Assembly: GCA_965216565.1 (NCBI GenBank)
Contig: OZ244170.1
Span: 736,001 to 800,000 of the forward strand
Direction: 5' to 3'
DNA: 64,000 bases
Source of the DNA: Bythopirellula sp.
GTDB taxonomy: Bacteria; Planctomycetota; Planctomycetia; Pirellulales; Lacipirellulaceae
Positions 9,791 through 19,647 of the stretch are shown here, one piece after another. The position numbers and the translations under genes were made by a program. A model generated the notes under the pieces. The model did not search any database, was not told the origin of the DNA, and was given only the letters and a program-made list of their open reading frames with translations. Position 1 is the first letter of the stretch. Every line of letters begins with the position of its first letter.

Positions 9791-12133
9791 TTATGCTGCT
9801 TGAGATTTCTCGGGCAAGCCGACTTCAGATTGAGATTCTTCATTGGGCATAACCCGCACTTCCAATGGCTTGAGTGTATCGAGATGAACGTCCCGCTGCG
9901 GGAAGGCGATGCATATTTCAGCGTCGCGGAAATACTGGTCGATCATAAATCGCATATCACTTTCAATACGGCGACGTTCGGAGAGCGACCGAATAGTGAT
10001 GAAGAAATAGAGTTCGAAGTTGAGCGAGTTATCCCCGAAACCGGCAAACCAAACGAACGGCTCTGGCTTGTTGAGCACCAACCCATGTTCGTCTGCAGCC
10101 CGTTTGAGTTGCTTGGCGACTTCTCGGCAGGGTGAGCCGTAGGCTACGCCAATTTGAACAGTACAGCGAACTGTAGAGTCCGCGAGGGTCCAATTGACGA
10201 CATTGTTCTCCAGGAACGTACTGTTAGGAACAATGATTTCATAGTTGCTCCCAGTCCGAATTCTTGTACTTCGCATGCCAATCGAATCAATGGTGCCTAC
10301 GACATCATCTAGCTCAATCAAGTCGCCAACACGAACTGGCTGCTCGGTTAGCATGATCAATCCACTAATAAAATTATTCAGTACATTTTGACTTCCAAAA
10401 CCAATACCGATAGCAGCCGCACCCCCTAGGAAGGTAAACATCGTAAGGGGGACGTTCACCACCTTTAGAGCCATCAGGGTCGACATGAATAAGAAAGCAT
10501 AGAACGAAAGAGACTGTAGTGCCGATATGCCTCCATCATTGATTCCAAATCGCGACAGAACCCTCTTGCCAAGCACTCCACTTAGGAGACGGGACACACG
10601 GTACCCCAAGACTAGCAATAAAATGCCACATAGGACTGAACTGACTCTTAATGGAGGCTGGTCCTCTGCAGGCGTGGTGAGCTCATAATCCCAAACATAG
10701 GCGGCCTTTTCCCAAGCCACTCCAAACCATTCAGATAGTGAAAAATGACTAGTACGCGCTTTGATTTCCGCAGCAAGCTTTTCTGCAAGGCGAGCCGTGG
10801 ACTCTGAGCGAGCCATGTGTTTATTGACAAATTCAATCTGGTCTCGAATGACTTGCTGCTGATGTTTCGTCCAACGGTCCGCGGCAGTTGGCTTTTTCTG
10901 TGCTTCTACCAAGTCGTTATCGGCCAGAACTTTTCTGAGCTCATCCAAGGTCGATTCGTTCAAGGAACGCTCTGTTGCGAGATCTTGCAATAAGGCCTCG
11001 GTTTCATCAAGCCATTTGTAGAGATCCGCAGTTTGATAGTCGGCAGTGGCAACACGGTAACGCCAAATCCACAAGTCACGCATTCTCTGGACCCAAGCAC
11101 TTTGCTTGGTGAAATAGTCACTTCGAACAGTACGTAAGCTATGCGCCTGCTTCTTCGCTGCAACTTCTGCCCGTAGGGCTTTACTGGCAGTGGCGGGGTC
11201 CTCTCTATCGAGCCGCTCACGAGCCTTGCTCCATTCTGAGAATAGAATGCTGACTTCTGTCTCATTTTCTTTTTGGCGACGCTCACCCTCGATCTCTTTT
11301 TGCGTTAGCTCGTGGAATTTCGAGTCTAAATCGTCCTGTGAAAATGTCACCTCGCTATCAATAAGCTGCAGTTTTTCTGTCAGGTAGTCTAATCTAGTTT
11401 GAAGAATCTCCTTTTCGAGCCGGACATTGGCGCGTTCTGTCTTGCGAATTTCCACTTTTGCTGCGGCAATGTCGCACTCGCGTTTGGTGAGATTGGCTTT
11501 CTGCTTGGTTGCAAGTTTTTCTGGAGGATCCTCGGCACTTTCTGCTTTTTCTTCCAGTAAGCGTTGCTGTTTGCATTTAGCTTCGTAAGCATCCTTGGCA
11601 CGACTGAGTGAATCTTCAACGGATTCAGTTGCCTTTGTGAGTGAGCGGAGTCTTTCGCCTTCTAGGGTGAGCGTGTCCTGGATCTCTTCACGGAGGAAAA
11701 AGGAATATGGTTTAGGCTCTTCTGGTCCAGAGTTTTTAAGTTGTATTAGCGCTTCCTTCTCTGTGGAAAGCTCGTCTTCAAGTTCTTTCGTCCGGCTGGA
11801 AAGAGACTCTTGCTGTTCATATACCAAACTCAATTGCTTCAGCAGGCTAATCTTCTCTGCATCCTGGGAAGACGCGTCCGAAGCGTCGGACTTAGTTTCG
11901 GGAGAGTTTTGCCGAGCAATTCTTAGCTGCTCTAATACCTCCGCCCGCTTTTCAGGGAGTGCCAATTCTTTTGAGTCCTCCGCGACTGGATCTTTGGGGG
12001 TCGTCGGAGATTCTGATTTGGTGCTATCGTCTAAGACATTGCCCAAGCCAGGAATTGCAGCAAATGCGGGAGTACTGCTCAGTACTAAGAGGCAGATTAG
12101 GAGAATAGGAAATTGACGCAAGCAAGCGGACAT
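9791..12133 (-). CDS. MscS-family mechanosensitive channel with large periplasmic coiled-coil (MscK-like)
   Basis: Signal peptide, long coiled coil, GIGFGSQNVLNNFISGL..PVRVGD..IIVPNS..IAFPQRDVHL. Confidence 0.9.
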   Translation of the reverse strand: MSACLRQFPILLICLLVLSSTPAFAAIPGLGNVLDDSTKSESPTTPKDPVAEDSKELALPEKRAEVLEQLRIARQNSPETKSDASDASSQDAEKISLLKQLSLVYEQQESLSSRTKELEDELSTEKEALIQLKNSGPEEPKPYSFFLREEIQDTLTLEGERLRSLTKATESVEDSLSRAKDAYEAKCKQQRLLEEKAESAEDPPEKLATKQKANLTKRECDIAAAKVEIRKTERANVRLEKEILQTRLDYLTEKLQLIDSEVTFSQDDLDSKFHELTQKEIEGERRQKENETEVSILFSEWSKARERLDREDPATASKALRAEVAAKKQAHSLRTVRSDYFTKQSAWVQRMRDLWIWRYRVATADYQTADLYKWLDETEALLQDLATERSLNESTLDELRKVLADNDLVEAQKKPTAADRWTKHQQQVIRDQIEFVNKHMARSESTARLAEKLAAEIKARTSHFSLSEWFGVAWEKAAYVWDYELTTPAEDQPPLRVSSVLCGILLLVLGYRVSRLLSGVLGKRVLSRFGINDGGISALQSLSFYAFLFMSTLMALKVVNVPLTMFTFLGGAAAIGIGFGSQNVLNNFISGLIMLTEQPVRVGDLIELDDVVGTIDSIGMRSTRIRTGSNYEIIVPNSTFLENNVVNWTLADSTVRCTVQIGVAYGSPCREVAKQLKRAADEHGLVLNKPEPFVWFAGFGDNSLNFELYFFITIRSLSERRRIESDMRFMIDQYFRDAEICIAFPQRDVHLDTLKPLEVRVMPNEESQSEVGLPEKSQAA

Positions 12134-12286
12134 GGAAAGTGCTCATGGTTCGAATCTGGTACTAGAGTCATACCCACTTTGACAGCGGGAAGGTGAAAAA
12201 GTAGGTAAACGGGCGCGATCCGTCAACAGACACGCCCCACCTGCTAGCTGGGCGATTATTTAGTTTCGCAGATAGCAGCTACGGCT

Positions 12287-13348
12287 CTACCGCGGCGTGA
12301 AATCGTCGGCAGCTTGAATGCCACTGGCGAAGGTTGCCAATAGATTGGCAGTGGCGTCGATGTCCTCTAGCGAGATCATTTCTACGGCGCTATGCATGTA
12401 GCGATTGGGAACGCTGACGAGTCCGGCGGCCACGCCCGCACGTGAAAGCTGCATAGCATTTGCGTCAGTGCCCGTGCCGCGCCCTATGGCTCCCCACTGA
12501 CAGCGAACATCGGCGTCATCCGCTGCCTGATGAAGATGTTCGACCACGACAGGATTCATGTTGGGTCCACGATAGATTACGGGGCCGCCACCGAGCTTGA
12601 TATCGGATTCTTGGTTCTTATCAATCGTCGGACAATCAGTGGCGTGAGTGACGTCGACCGCAATTCCGACGTGAGGATTCACACCGTAAGCACTAGTTGT
12701 TGCACCCCGCAATCCAATCTCTTCTTGGACCGTTGCCACAGCATATAGCGAAACATTCAAGCCTTTGGACTTCGCGCGTCGCAACGCTTCCATGCAGACC
12801 CATAGCCCAGTTTTGTCGTCCATGCCTGGGGAATTAGCAAATCCATTGCGCATTTCTTGGTAGCCCAATTCAAGCGTTACTGGGTCGCCGATGCGGACAA
12901 CCTCCGCAGCCTCTTCCTTGCTCTTAGCCCCAATATCGAGCCACATCTCCTTATGCTTCACAACTTGCTTGCGTTCATCTTGATCGAGCAAGTGAATAGG
13001 CTTGCGCGAAATTACCGCTGGTATGGGACCGCTTGTTGCGTAGATCGTCATCCTCTGCCCAATAAGCTGCTGAGGATCCCAGCCACCAATCGTGTTTGTA
13101 TAGATAAATCCCGATTCATCAATGTGCGTAATAAGTAAACCAATTTGGTCCGCGTGCCCAGCAAACATCACTCGCAACTCCGCCCCAGGATTGCAACAGG
13201 CAATCACATTGCCGTGAAGATCCGTGGTAACCTCATCGGCAAACTGTCCGGCGTATTCGCGGACTATGGCTTGCACAGGCTGTTCATAGCCTGAGGGGCT
13301 GGGAGTTTCCAAGATTTCTTGAAAAAACGACTTGGCCGATTCTTCCAT
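12287..13348 (-). CDS. M42 family metallopeptidase
   Basis: PSPSGYE, GHADQIG, MDDKTG, QEEIGLRGA, GTDA, RYMHS. Confidence 0.92.
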   Translation of the reverse strand: MEESAKSFFQEILETPSPSGYEQPVQAIVREYAGQFADEVTTDLHGNVIACCNPGAELRVMFAGHADQIGLLITHIDESGFIYTNTIGGWDPQQLIGQRMTIYATSGPIPAVISRKPIHLLDQDERKQVVKHKEMWLDIGAKSKEEAAEVVRIGDPVTLELGYQEMRNGFANSPGMDDKTGLWVCMEALRRAKSKGLNVSLYAVATVQEEIGLRGATTSAYGVNPHVGIAVDVTHATDCPTIDKNQESDIKLGGGPVIYRGPNMNPVVVEHLHQAADDADVRCQWGAIGRGTGTDANAMQLSRAGVAAGLVSVPNRYMHSAVEMISLEDIDATANLLATFASGIQAADDFTPR

Positions 13349-13444
13349 TGTTGAACTCCAAATAGATGTCGCACGCAGCAATCGTCACCGGATTATTAAC
13401 TTAACCAGTGATTGTAAGTGAAAAGAATCAAAGTTATCAGGGGG

Positions 13445-13915
13445 TTAAGTATCTCCTTGGTCTTTGGCCGTTGAGGAACTCTCCTCGGCCTCCCTTTCAT
13501 GCTGGCAAACCATGTCATGAATATCGGGCCATGAGCCGAGTTCGATGAGGTTACCATCGGGATCGCGAAAGAAGATTTGTCGATAGCCGTAGTCTGGCAA
13601 GGAGCGTTCCACAAATTCGATTCCTCTCAGCGTTAGCTCATCAACGACCGCATCGGTGTCCTCGCATTGGATGGCAAAATGAGATCCAAGAGTTCGTATG
13701 GGACCTCTCGGAACCTGGTGAGTTGGTACATGAATCAAGTGGATCATCGGCCCAACCCGCTCTCGGTAGAGCCAGCGACCATCAAAGGAAAAAGAGGGCC
13801 GAGGGACGACCCGGAACCCAAGCAATTCGACGTAGAACTTTTCTGCCAAAGAGGGGTCGAGCGTGGGCAACGCGATATGGTTTAACTGCCCTGGGCTTAG
13901 AGGTTTGCGGGTCAT
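13445..13915 (-). CDS. VOC/glyoxalase family protein
   Basis: LNHIAL..FYVELLGF..HFAI..QIFFRDPDGNLIEL. Confidence 0.9.
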   Translation of the reverse strand: MTRKPLSPGQLNHIALPTLDPSLAEKFYVELLGFRVVPRPSFSFDGRWLYRERVGPMIHLIHVPTHQVPRGPIRTLGSHFAIQCEDTDAVVDELTLRGIEFVERSLPDYGYRQIFFRDPDGNLIELGSWPDIHDMVCQHEREAEESSSTAKDQGDT

Positions 13916-14104
13916 GCAATTGGCTCATGGGTGAAGTAGACCATGCCAGAACTGCTAGCGAAGTGGTGATAATCTTTGCCGATTCTATCGATTTTCTGGC
14001 CTCTCGCGAACCACTGAGCCGATAAATCTCCACGAACGTCTCCGTCAGTAACTGTTCAGGCGGGGGGGCTACGTTTTTCAGATTTCTTGTCGGAGTATCA
14101 AGTC

Positions 14105-14734
14105 ATGTCCACGCGACAACTCTTTTCTCTTGTCAGTGCTCTTGTTTGCCTTTCCAGTGTGGGCTGTTGCATGATGCCCTATGGTGGTTGCGGAATGGGA
14201 GCTTGCGGCCCAAGTTGCGGCATTGCCGAGCCAGGTTGTTGTTGTCCAGAACCAGCCTGCGGCTGCTGCGATACCTGTTGCGAGCCAGCATGTGGATGTT
14301 GCGACAGTTGTTGCGAACCGGCTTGCGGCTGTTGCGATAGTTGCTGTGAGCCTGCTTGTGGTTGCTACGATTCCTGTTGCGAACCTGCCTGTGGATGCGG
14401 AGATGTTGGCTGTGGATCAGGAGTTGGAAACTGTCCGATTCTAGGAAACTGTTGGTTCATGCAACGTTTGCGCAGGGCGTTCAGCGGCTACGGCTACTAT
14501 AGCGGCTGCAACAGTGGTTGTTGCGGCGGATGCTCCAGTTGCTCTGGCTGCTCCGACGAAACCTACTACAACGAATGGCACAACGATCCGCCTTGCAATT
14601 GCCACTCGGCAGCGAAGACGGGCGGACACTACGGTGGCGCCTATGGACGACGTGCGTTCTTGGCCAAACAGCACCAGAATCTTACCGAAGACCTGCGCAC
14701 TGCAAATCAAAGCTCAGGGCCAATCTTGAGATAG
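14105..14734 (+). CDS. Cysteine-rich repeat lipoprotein
   Basis: Hydrophobic leader ending SSVG-C; five EPACGC-containing 11-aa repeats; 41 Cys in about 209 aa. Confidence 0.75.
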   Translation: MSTRQLFSLVSALVCLSSVGCCMMPYGGCGMGACGPSCGIAEPGCCCPEPACGCCDTCCEPACGCCDSCCEPACGCCDSCCEPACGCYDSCCEPACGCGDVGCGSGVGNCPILGNCWFMQRLRRAFSGYGYYSGCNSGCCGGCSSCSGCSDETYYNEWHNDPPCNCHSAAKTGGHYGGAYGRRAFLAKQHQNLTEDLRTANQSSGPILR

Positions 14735-14769
14735 TACCATCAGGCCCACTGCGTCTACCTGGGCCGAGG

Positions 14770-15549
14770 CTAATCGTCCGAAATGCCGAACACTTTCATG
14801 GCATTGGCAGTGGTTTGCTCGGCTAGTTGTTCGAGGGTAGTTCCCCTTGCGGCCGCGACGCATTCAGCTGTGTGGAGCAGATGAGCTGGTTCGTTGGGCT
14901 TCTTGCCCCGTACCGGTTCTGGTGAAAGGTAAGGGCTATCGGTCTCCAGCAGAATCCGATCGTCTGGAATGCTGGCAGCACAATCACGTAGAGCCTGAGA
15001 CTTCTTAAAGGTAACCATTCCGGCAAAACTAATATGCATGCCAAGCTGGACACATTCATCGGCCATTACTAGATCGCCGGTGAACGAATGCATAATTCCA
15101 TGCAGTAGACCACGTTGACGAGCTTCTCTTAGCATCACCATGATGTCTGAGTCACAATCGCGCATGTGAACTACAAAGGGTAGGCTACGGCGTTGTGCCA
15201 ATCGAATATGGCGGTCGAAGTAGTCTTGCTGCAATTCGAAGGGTGTAAAATCCCAATACCGATCGAGCCCAGTCTCGCCGACAGCAACAACTCGCTTGGA
15301 ATCGACCATCTCGACGACTTTGTCCCAGTCGCCCTCCTGAGCCTCTGCTACATAGTTAGGCTGAATGCCTACGGCTGCGTAGACGGATTCGTATTGGCCC
15401 GCGATCTCAACACATTTACGACTCGCAGCTGCAGTGGTACCAATACAAACCGAGCGGGTGATCCCCGCCGTTGCGGCTCGTTGCAGGACGTCGTCCAGTA
15501 TCTCGTCAAATTCTTCCTGATCGAGATGGGCGTGGGTGTCAAACAGCAT
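14770..15549 (-). CDS. tatD: TatD family nuclease
   Basis: DTHAHL, VGETGLD, VHMRD, HSF, LETDSPYL. Confidence 0.93.
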   Translation of the reverse strand: MLFDTHAHLDQEEFDEILDDVLQRAATAGITRSVCIGTTAAASRKCVEIAGQYESVYAAVGIQPNYVAEAQEGDWDKVVEMVDSKRVVAVGETGLDRYWDFTPFELQQDYFDRHIRLAQRRSLPFVVHMRDCDSDIMVMLREARQRGLLHGIMHSFTGDLVMADECVQLGMHISFAGMVTFKKSQALRDCAASIPDDRILLETDSPYLSPEPVRGKKPNEPAHLLHTAECVAAARGTTLEQLAEQTTANAMKVFGISDD

Positions 15550-15593
15550 TGGAAATCTGTCGAGAGAAACCTGCGATTTCGAAAAGAGTTTTT

Positions 15594-16037
15594 CTAGTTC
15601 TTGCTCGGCTCGACCTGAACTAGCTCTCGTAGCGATTCTAGGTGTCCCTTGGCCATGCCGAGAGCCTCTTCGGCGAGCGCCTTGGCGGCAGGGAATGCTT
15701 GAAGATTTTCAACAATCTCGGAGACTGTTTCCACATCTTGTTGCTGATAGGCGACGGCTGCTCCAACCAAAAAGTCGATGCCCAAGTCGTGCATGTCGGT
15801 AAATTCCATTGGGAAATCACCGGTTCGAATCGAAGCGTCGGCATCGATTTGCATTTGAGTGATGCGGTCACCTAAAACCACCTGGTCTTCAGCAATTGCG
15901 TCCAGCGTCTCAATAATTTCGTTCCTGCCGGGAGGAACATAAGGACGCGAATACTGCAGATACTGAGGGAACGAATGCCCCACCAGCGCTAGCAAGCGAT
16001 TCAGTTCCGAAGCGGGCGTGGTTTGTTTCATGGCCAA
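15594..16037 (-). CDS. Conserved hypothetical protein, possible ferritin-like four-helix fold
   Basis: Helical, acidic; ends AEEALGMAKGHLESL; begins 4 bp after the nuoN stop. Confidence 0.6.
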   Translation of the reverse strand: MAMKQTTPASELNRLLALVGHSFPQYLQYSRPYVPPGRNEIIETLDAIAEDQVVLGDRITQMQIDADASIRTGDFPMEFTDMHDLGIDFLVGAAVAYQQQDVETVSEIVENLQAFPAAKALAEEALGMAKGHLESLRELVQVEPSKN

Positions 16038-16041
16038 TTCT

Positions 16042-17718
16042 TTAACTCAGGATGTTGGAGACCGCTTCACTTGCCCATTGGGCGAGTGGATCGGGCCAAA
16101 TGCCCAATAGAATTACTGGTACGCAAACCACCAACGCATAGGCTACAGGGAGAAAGCCGATTGAAACAGGCCCGCGTGTGTCGGGCTCGTCGTCAATACA
16201 CATCGTTTTTACGACGCGAAGATAATACACCAGTGAGATTGCCGTATTCAAAGCGGCGGCCACTAGCACGGAATACATTAAGGTTCCACCGGCCATATAG
16301 AGGGCTTGCAAGACTCGCAGCTTAGGCCAGAATCCTGCCAGAGGTGGTAGGCCAATCAGACTTACTAAAACTGCAACCATCAATACAGTAACTAGCGGGT
16401 TGCTGCGAATAAGGCCTGCGTAGTCGGCGATGTCTTCGCTGCCCATAGAATTTCGCAGGAACGCAACAATTGCAAACGCGCCCAGATTCATGAATAGATA
16501 GAAGGCGATGTAGAGCATGACTGCGGACAGCGCTTCTTTGGCGAGTTCCTGATCGGTGCCCTGCAAAGAGACTGCCGCTGCGACCGCCATCATCATGAAT
16601 CCAGCATGGGCAATCGTCGAGTAGGCAAACATGCGTTTGATGTTCGATTGCCCATAGGCAGCCAAATTACCAAAGGTGCATGTGACGATCGCTACGATAG
16701 CCGTGAGGATTACGATGAACCGTCGCACCGGAGACAACGGAGCAGGCTCTGCTGAAGATTCTTCTTGCACTGTTTGCAGGGGAGAATTGGAAACCAAACT
16801 CACCGCGGCGGGCGGACTAGCGGCAATTTGATCTACTGCTGCTGCGTCGTGATAACCTAGCCCGATTCCCACGCGGATCAATAATACCAACGCTGCCGCC
16901 TTAGAAGCGACCGAAAGGAAGGCATCCACCTCTGCAGAGGCACCTTCGAACACGTCCGGGCACCAAAAGTGAAATGGCACGGCTGAAAGCTTAAAGGCCA
17001 AGCCAACACCCAGCATCAAGCCACCTAGGGCCAGCCCCATCAGAGGTAAATCTTCTCCCCCAGATGCTAAGGCGGTGGGAATGTCCATTTCCCACAACCG
17101 GCTGGCCATGGTTGGCAGGTGGGCGGAGCCTAGGATGCCGCACAGCAGGCTAATGCCGTAGAGCATGACGCCGGCGGTTCCCGCACCATAAATCGCGTAT
17201 TTCAGAGCGGCCTCGCTACTGCGACGACGTCCTTTCACCATTCCTGCGAGAACATAAGAGGGCACACTCGCCATTTCGATTCCCAAAAAAATCGCCAGCA
17301 TATGATTGGCCGAGGCCATGACACACATGCCAAGGGTGGAACCCAAAACCAATGTATAGAAGTCTTGGCCATCGCTACGATCGGCGAGTCCAGTTAATCT
17401 TGCTAGAAGAATAAATAGCACGGCAAACGCGAGTAGAAAGACTCGCATTGAGGCCGTCAGAGAATCGAAGACCAGCATGCCCGTGAAAATTTCCTGGGCA
17501 GGTGGGCTTTCCATCGAAGTTTTCACTGCCGACCACAAAGCGAAACTACTACCGGCCAGGGCCAGGAAAAACGAGGGAACGTATTGGCCACCCTTAAACA
17601 CACGCACCAGCAGCATCACGATGATCGTGCTGCAAATGGCAAGCTCAGGCTTAAACAGCGGCAAGCTGCCATCAAGCGTGTCTTTTAAAAGCTCGTCGAT
17701 GAGTGTCGTAAAGTTCAC
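16042..17718 (-). CDS. nuoN: NADH-quinone oxidoreductase subunit N
   Basis: EAALKY, FKLSAVPFHFWCPDV, NIKRMFAYSTIAHAG, GLPPLAGF. Confidence 0.95.
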   Translation of the reverse strand: MNFTTLIDELLKDTLDGSLPLFKPELAICSTIIVMLLVRVFKGGQYVPSFFLALAGSSFALWSAVKTSMESPPAQEIFTGMLVFDSLTASMRVFLLAFAVLFILLARLTGLADRSDGQDFYTLVLGSTLGMCVMASANHMLAIFLGIEMASVPSYVLAGMVKGRRRSSEAALKYAIYGAGTAGVMLYGISLLCGILGSAHLPTMASRLWEMDIPTALASGGEDLPLMGLALGGLMLGVGLAFKLSAVPFHFWCPDVFEGASAEVDAFLSVASKAAALVLLIRVGIGLGYHDAAAVDQIAASPPAAVSLVSNSPLQTVQEESSAEPAPLSPVRRFIVILTAIVAIVTCTFGNLAAYGQSNIKRMFAYSTIAHAGFMMMAVAAAVSLQGTDQELAKEALSAVMLYIAFYLFMNLGAFAIVAFLRNSMGSEDIADYAGLIRSNPLVTVLMVAVLVSLIGLPPLAGFWPKLRVLQALYMAGGTLMYSVLVAAALNTAISLVYYLRVVKTMCIDDEPDTRGPVSIGFLPVAYALVVCVPVILLGIWPDPLAQWASEAVSNILS

Positions 17719-17763
17719 GGAAGCTGTTGGGGTGTTGAGTGTTTCGTTTTATTTATTCGGCTT

Positions 17764-19575
17764 CTAATTCTTATTCAACAGGGCTGCCATTTGGCCCTCG
17801 CTCAGTGGGTTAGCGGCCGTTTCGCGTTGATCGTGTTCTTTGGTCCATGCAGCTAACTGTTCAACCTGTAGATCGACCGACGGCTGCATGTATCGCAGGA
17901 CGCTAGTGGGATAGACCCCAAAAACAATGGCCAGTGTCAGCAGAGGCGTAGCAATCAGCAATTCACGCATGGTGATTGGTGTCAGCGCCTCGCCATGCGG
18001 GCCTCGATACTCGGCACCCAAGTAGACGCGCTGAATCGCCCATAAGATATAGCCGGCAGTTAGAATCACGACGGCCGCCGAAATGATCGCCAGCACGTAG
18101 CTGTACTTCCACACCGAAAGCACCACCAATACTTCGCCGATGAAGCCGCACAACCCAGGTAACCCCAGGCCGGCAAAGAATATGCCGACGGCCAAGCCAC
18201 TGTAAACCGGCATCTTGGAGAACAATCCTCCAAACTCGTCCAGGTTTCGATGATGCACTCGGTCGTACACCACGCCTACCATAAAGAACATGCCGGCGGA
18301 GCTGATGCCGTGGCCGATCATTTGGAACATGGCCCCGTTGACGCCCATCTGCCAATAGTAGGGATTGTAGTTGGTGTCGGCCATCGCACTCCACACACCA
18401 AAGCCAAGCACGACATAGCCCATATGGCTTACCGAGCTATAGGCAACCATGCGTTTAAAGTCTTTCTGTGCCAAGGCAGCGAAGGCTCCGTAAACCATGC
18501 TCAATACGCCGATAAAGCAAACGACGTACGCCAGGTCGTAACCTGCCTGCGGGCAGATGGGATAGCAAATGCGAATAATGCCGTAGCCACCCATTTTCAG
18601 AAGGATGCCGGCCAGGATCATGGAGATCGGTGTCGGAGCTTCGACATGGGCATCGGGAAGCCAGGTATGCAGCGGCACACTAGGTACCTTGATAATAAAG
18701 CCAATTCCTAGCAGCACGAACGCCCACCACTGCACGCTCTGGCCAAACAGCACTTCTCCATCGAACAGATCTGTGTGTTGCCCCATCTGCTGGAGTGCCA
18801 GAATATTAAATGTATGAAGCGGTTTGCGTTTGGTCGGATCGGGTTCGTCGCCGTTAGCCGCAAATTGTTGAGCTAGGGCATCGTCGGTCTCCAGCCAATC
18901 GTCGAGTGCTTGTTCAGCAGTCGTATCCTCAGCCGTGCTAATGATGCCCGCCATGGCAAGTTGCCCGGCATTGAGTTGGGTCAGATCGCTATTGAAGTAC
19001 AGCATCAATATCGCGATTAGCATCAACACACTACCGACTAGCGTGTAGAGGAAGAACTTGATCGCGGCGTATTCCTTACGCGGTCCACCCCAGACGCCAA
19101 TCAGGAAGTACATCGGCAACAACATCACTTCCCACAGGACGTAGAATAGGAAGAAGTCGAGCGCCATAAACACGCCCAGCATGCCTGTTTCCAGGAGCAG
19201 GAACAGAATGCAGTAGGCTTTCACATGCTTGCTAATCGGCCAACTCGCAGCCATTGCCAGCACACATAAGAAGGCGGTCAAGGCTACAAGCGGAAAGCTG
19301 ATGCCATCGAGACCCATGAAGTACTGGATGCCGAAAGAGGGGATCCACGATACGTGGAACATGTTCTGCATCTCGGCAACGCCGGCGTGGAAGTCAATGC
19401 CTACACCGATGCGCATGAGTCCTAACGAAAGCAGAAAAACCATGATCGTCACAGCTAGTGAGATCAGCTTGATCGCTTCGTCGGAAACTTTGGGGAGAAA
19501 CGCCAGCACCAACGCGGCTATTGCCGGTAGGAAAACTAGCAGACTCAAATAAACCACCGGTTCGCTGAGAGTCAT
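17764..19575 (-). CDS. nuoM: NADH-quinone oxidoreductase subunit M
   Basis: WEVMLLPMYFLIGVWG, KVPSVPLHTWLPDAHVEAPT, LLKMGGYG, LGLPGLCGFIGE. Confidence 0.96.
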   Translation of the reverse strand: MTLSEPVVYLSLLVFLPAIAALVLAFLPKVSDEAIKLISLAVTIMVFLLSLGLMRIGVGIDFHAGVAEMQNMFHVSWIPSFGIQYFMGLDGISFPLVALTAFLCVLAMAASWPISKHVKAYCILFLLLETGMLGVFMALDFFLFYVLWEVMLLPMYFLIGVWGGPRKEYAAIKFFLYTLVGSVLMLIAILMLYFNSDLTQLNAGQLAMAGIISTAEDTTAEQALDDWLETDDALAQQFAANGDEPDPTKRKPLHTFNILALQQMGQHTDLFDGEVLFGQSVQWWAFVLLGIGFIIKVPSVPLHTWLPDAHVEAPTPISMILAGILLKMGGYGIIRICYPICPQAGYDLAYVVCFIGVLSMVYGAFAALAQKDFKRMVAYSSVSHMGYVVLGFGVWSAMADTNYNPYYWQMGVNGAMFQMIGHGISSAGMFFMVGVVYDRVHHRNLDEFGGLFSKMPVYSGLAVGIFFAGLGLPGLCGFIGEVLVVLSVWKYSYVLAIISAAVVILTAGYILWAIQRVYLGAEYRGPHGEALTPITMRELLIATPLLTLAIVFGVYPTSVLRYMQPSVDLQVEQLAAWTKEHDQRETAANPLSEGQMAALLNKN

Positions 19576-19647
19576 AATTACGCCGTTATCTTTCTAGTTG
19601 AATAATTTGCACGTTGATCCCCTGCCGGAGGGAAAGGCCATTTTTCG

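Noticed and set aside
14221..14400. CRISPR-like 33-bp periodicity
   Set aside because: Coding repeats with synonymous variation, no unique spacers and no cas genes
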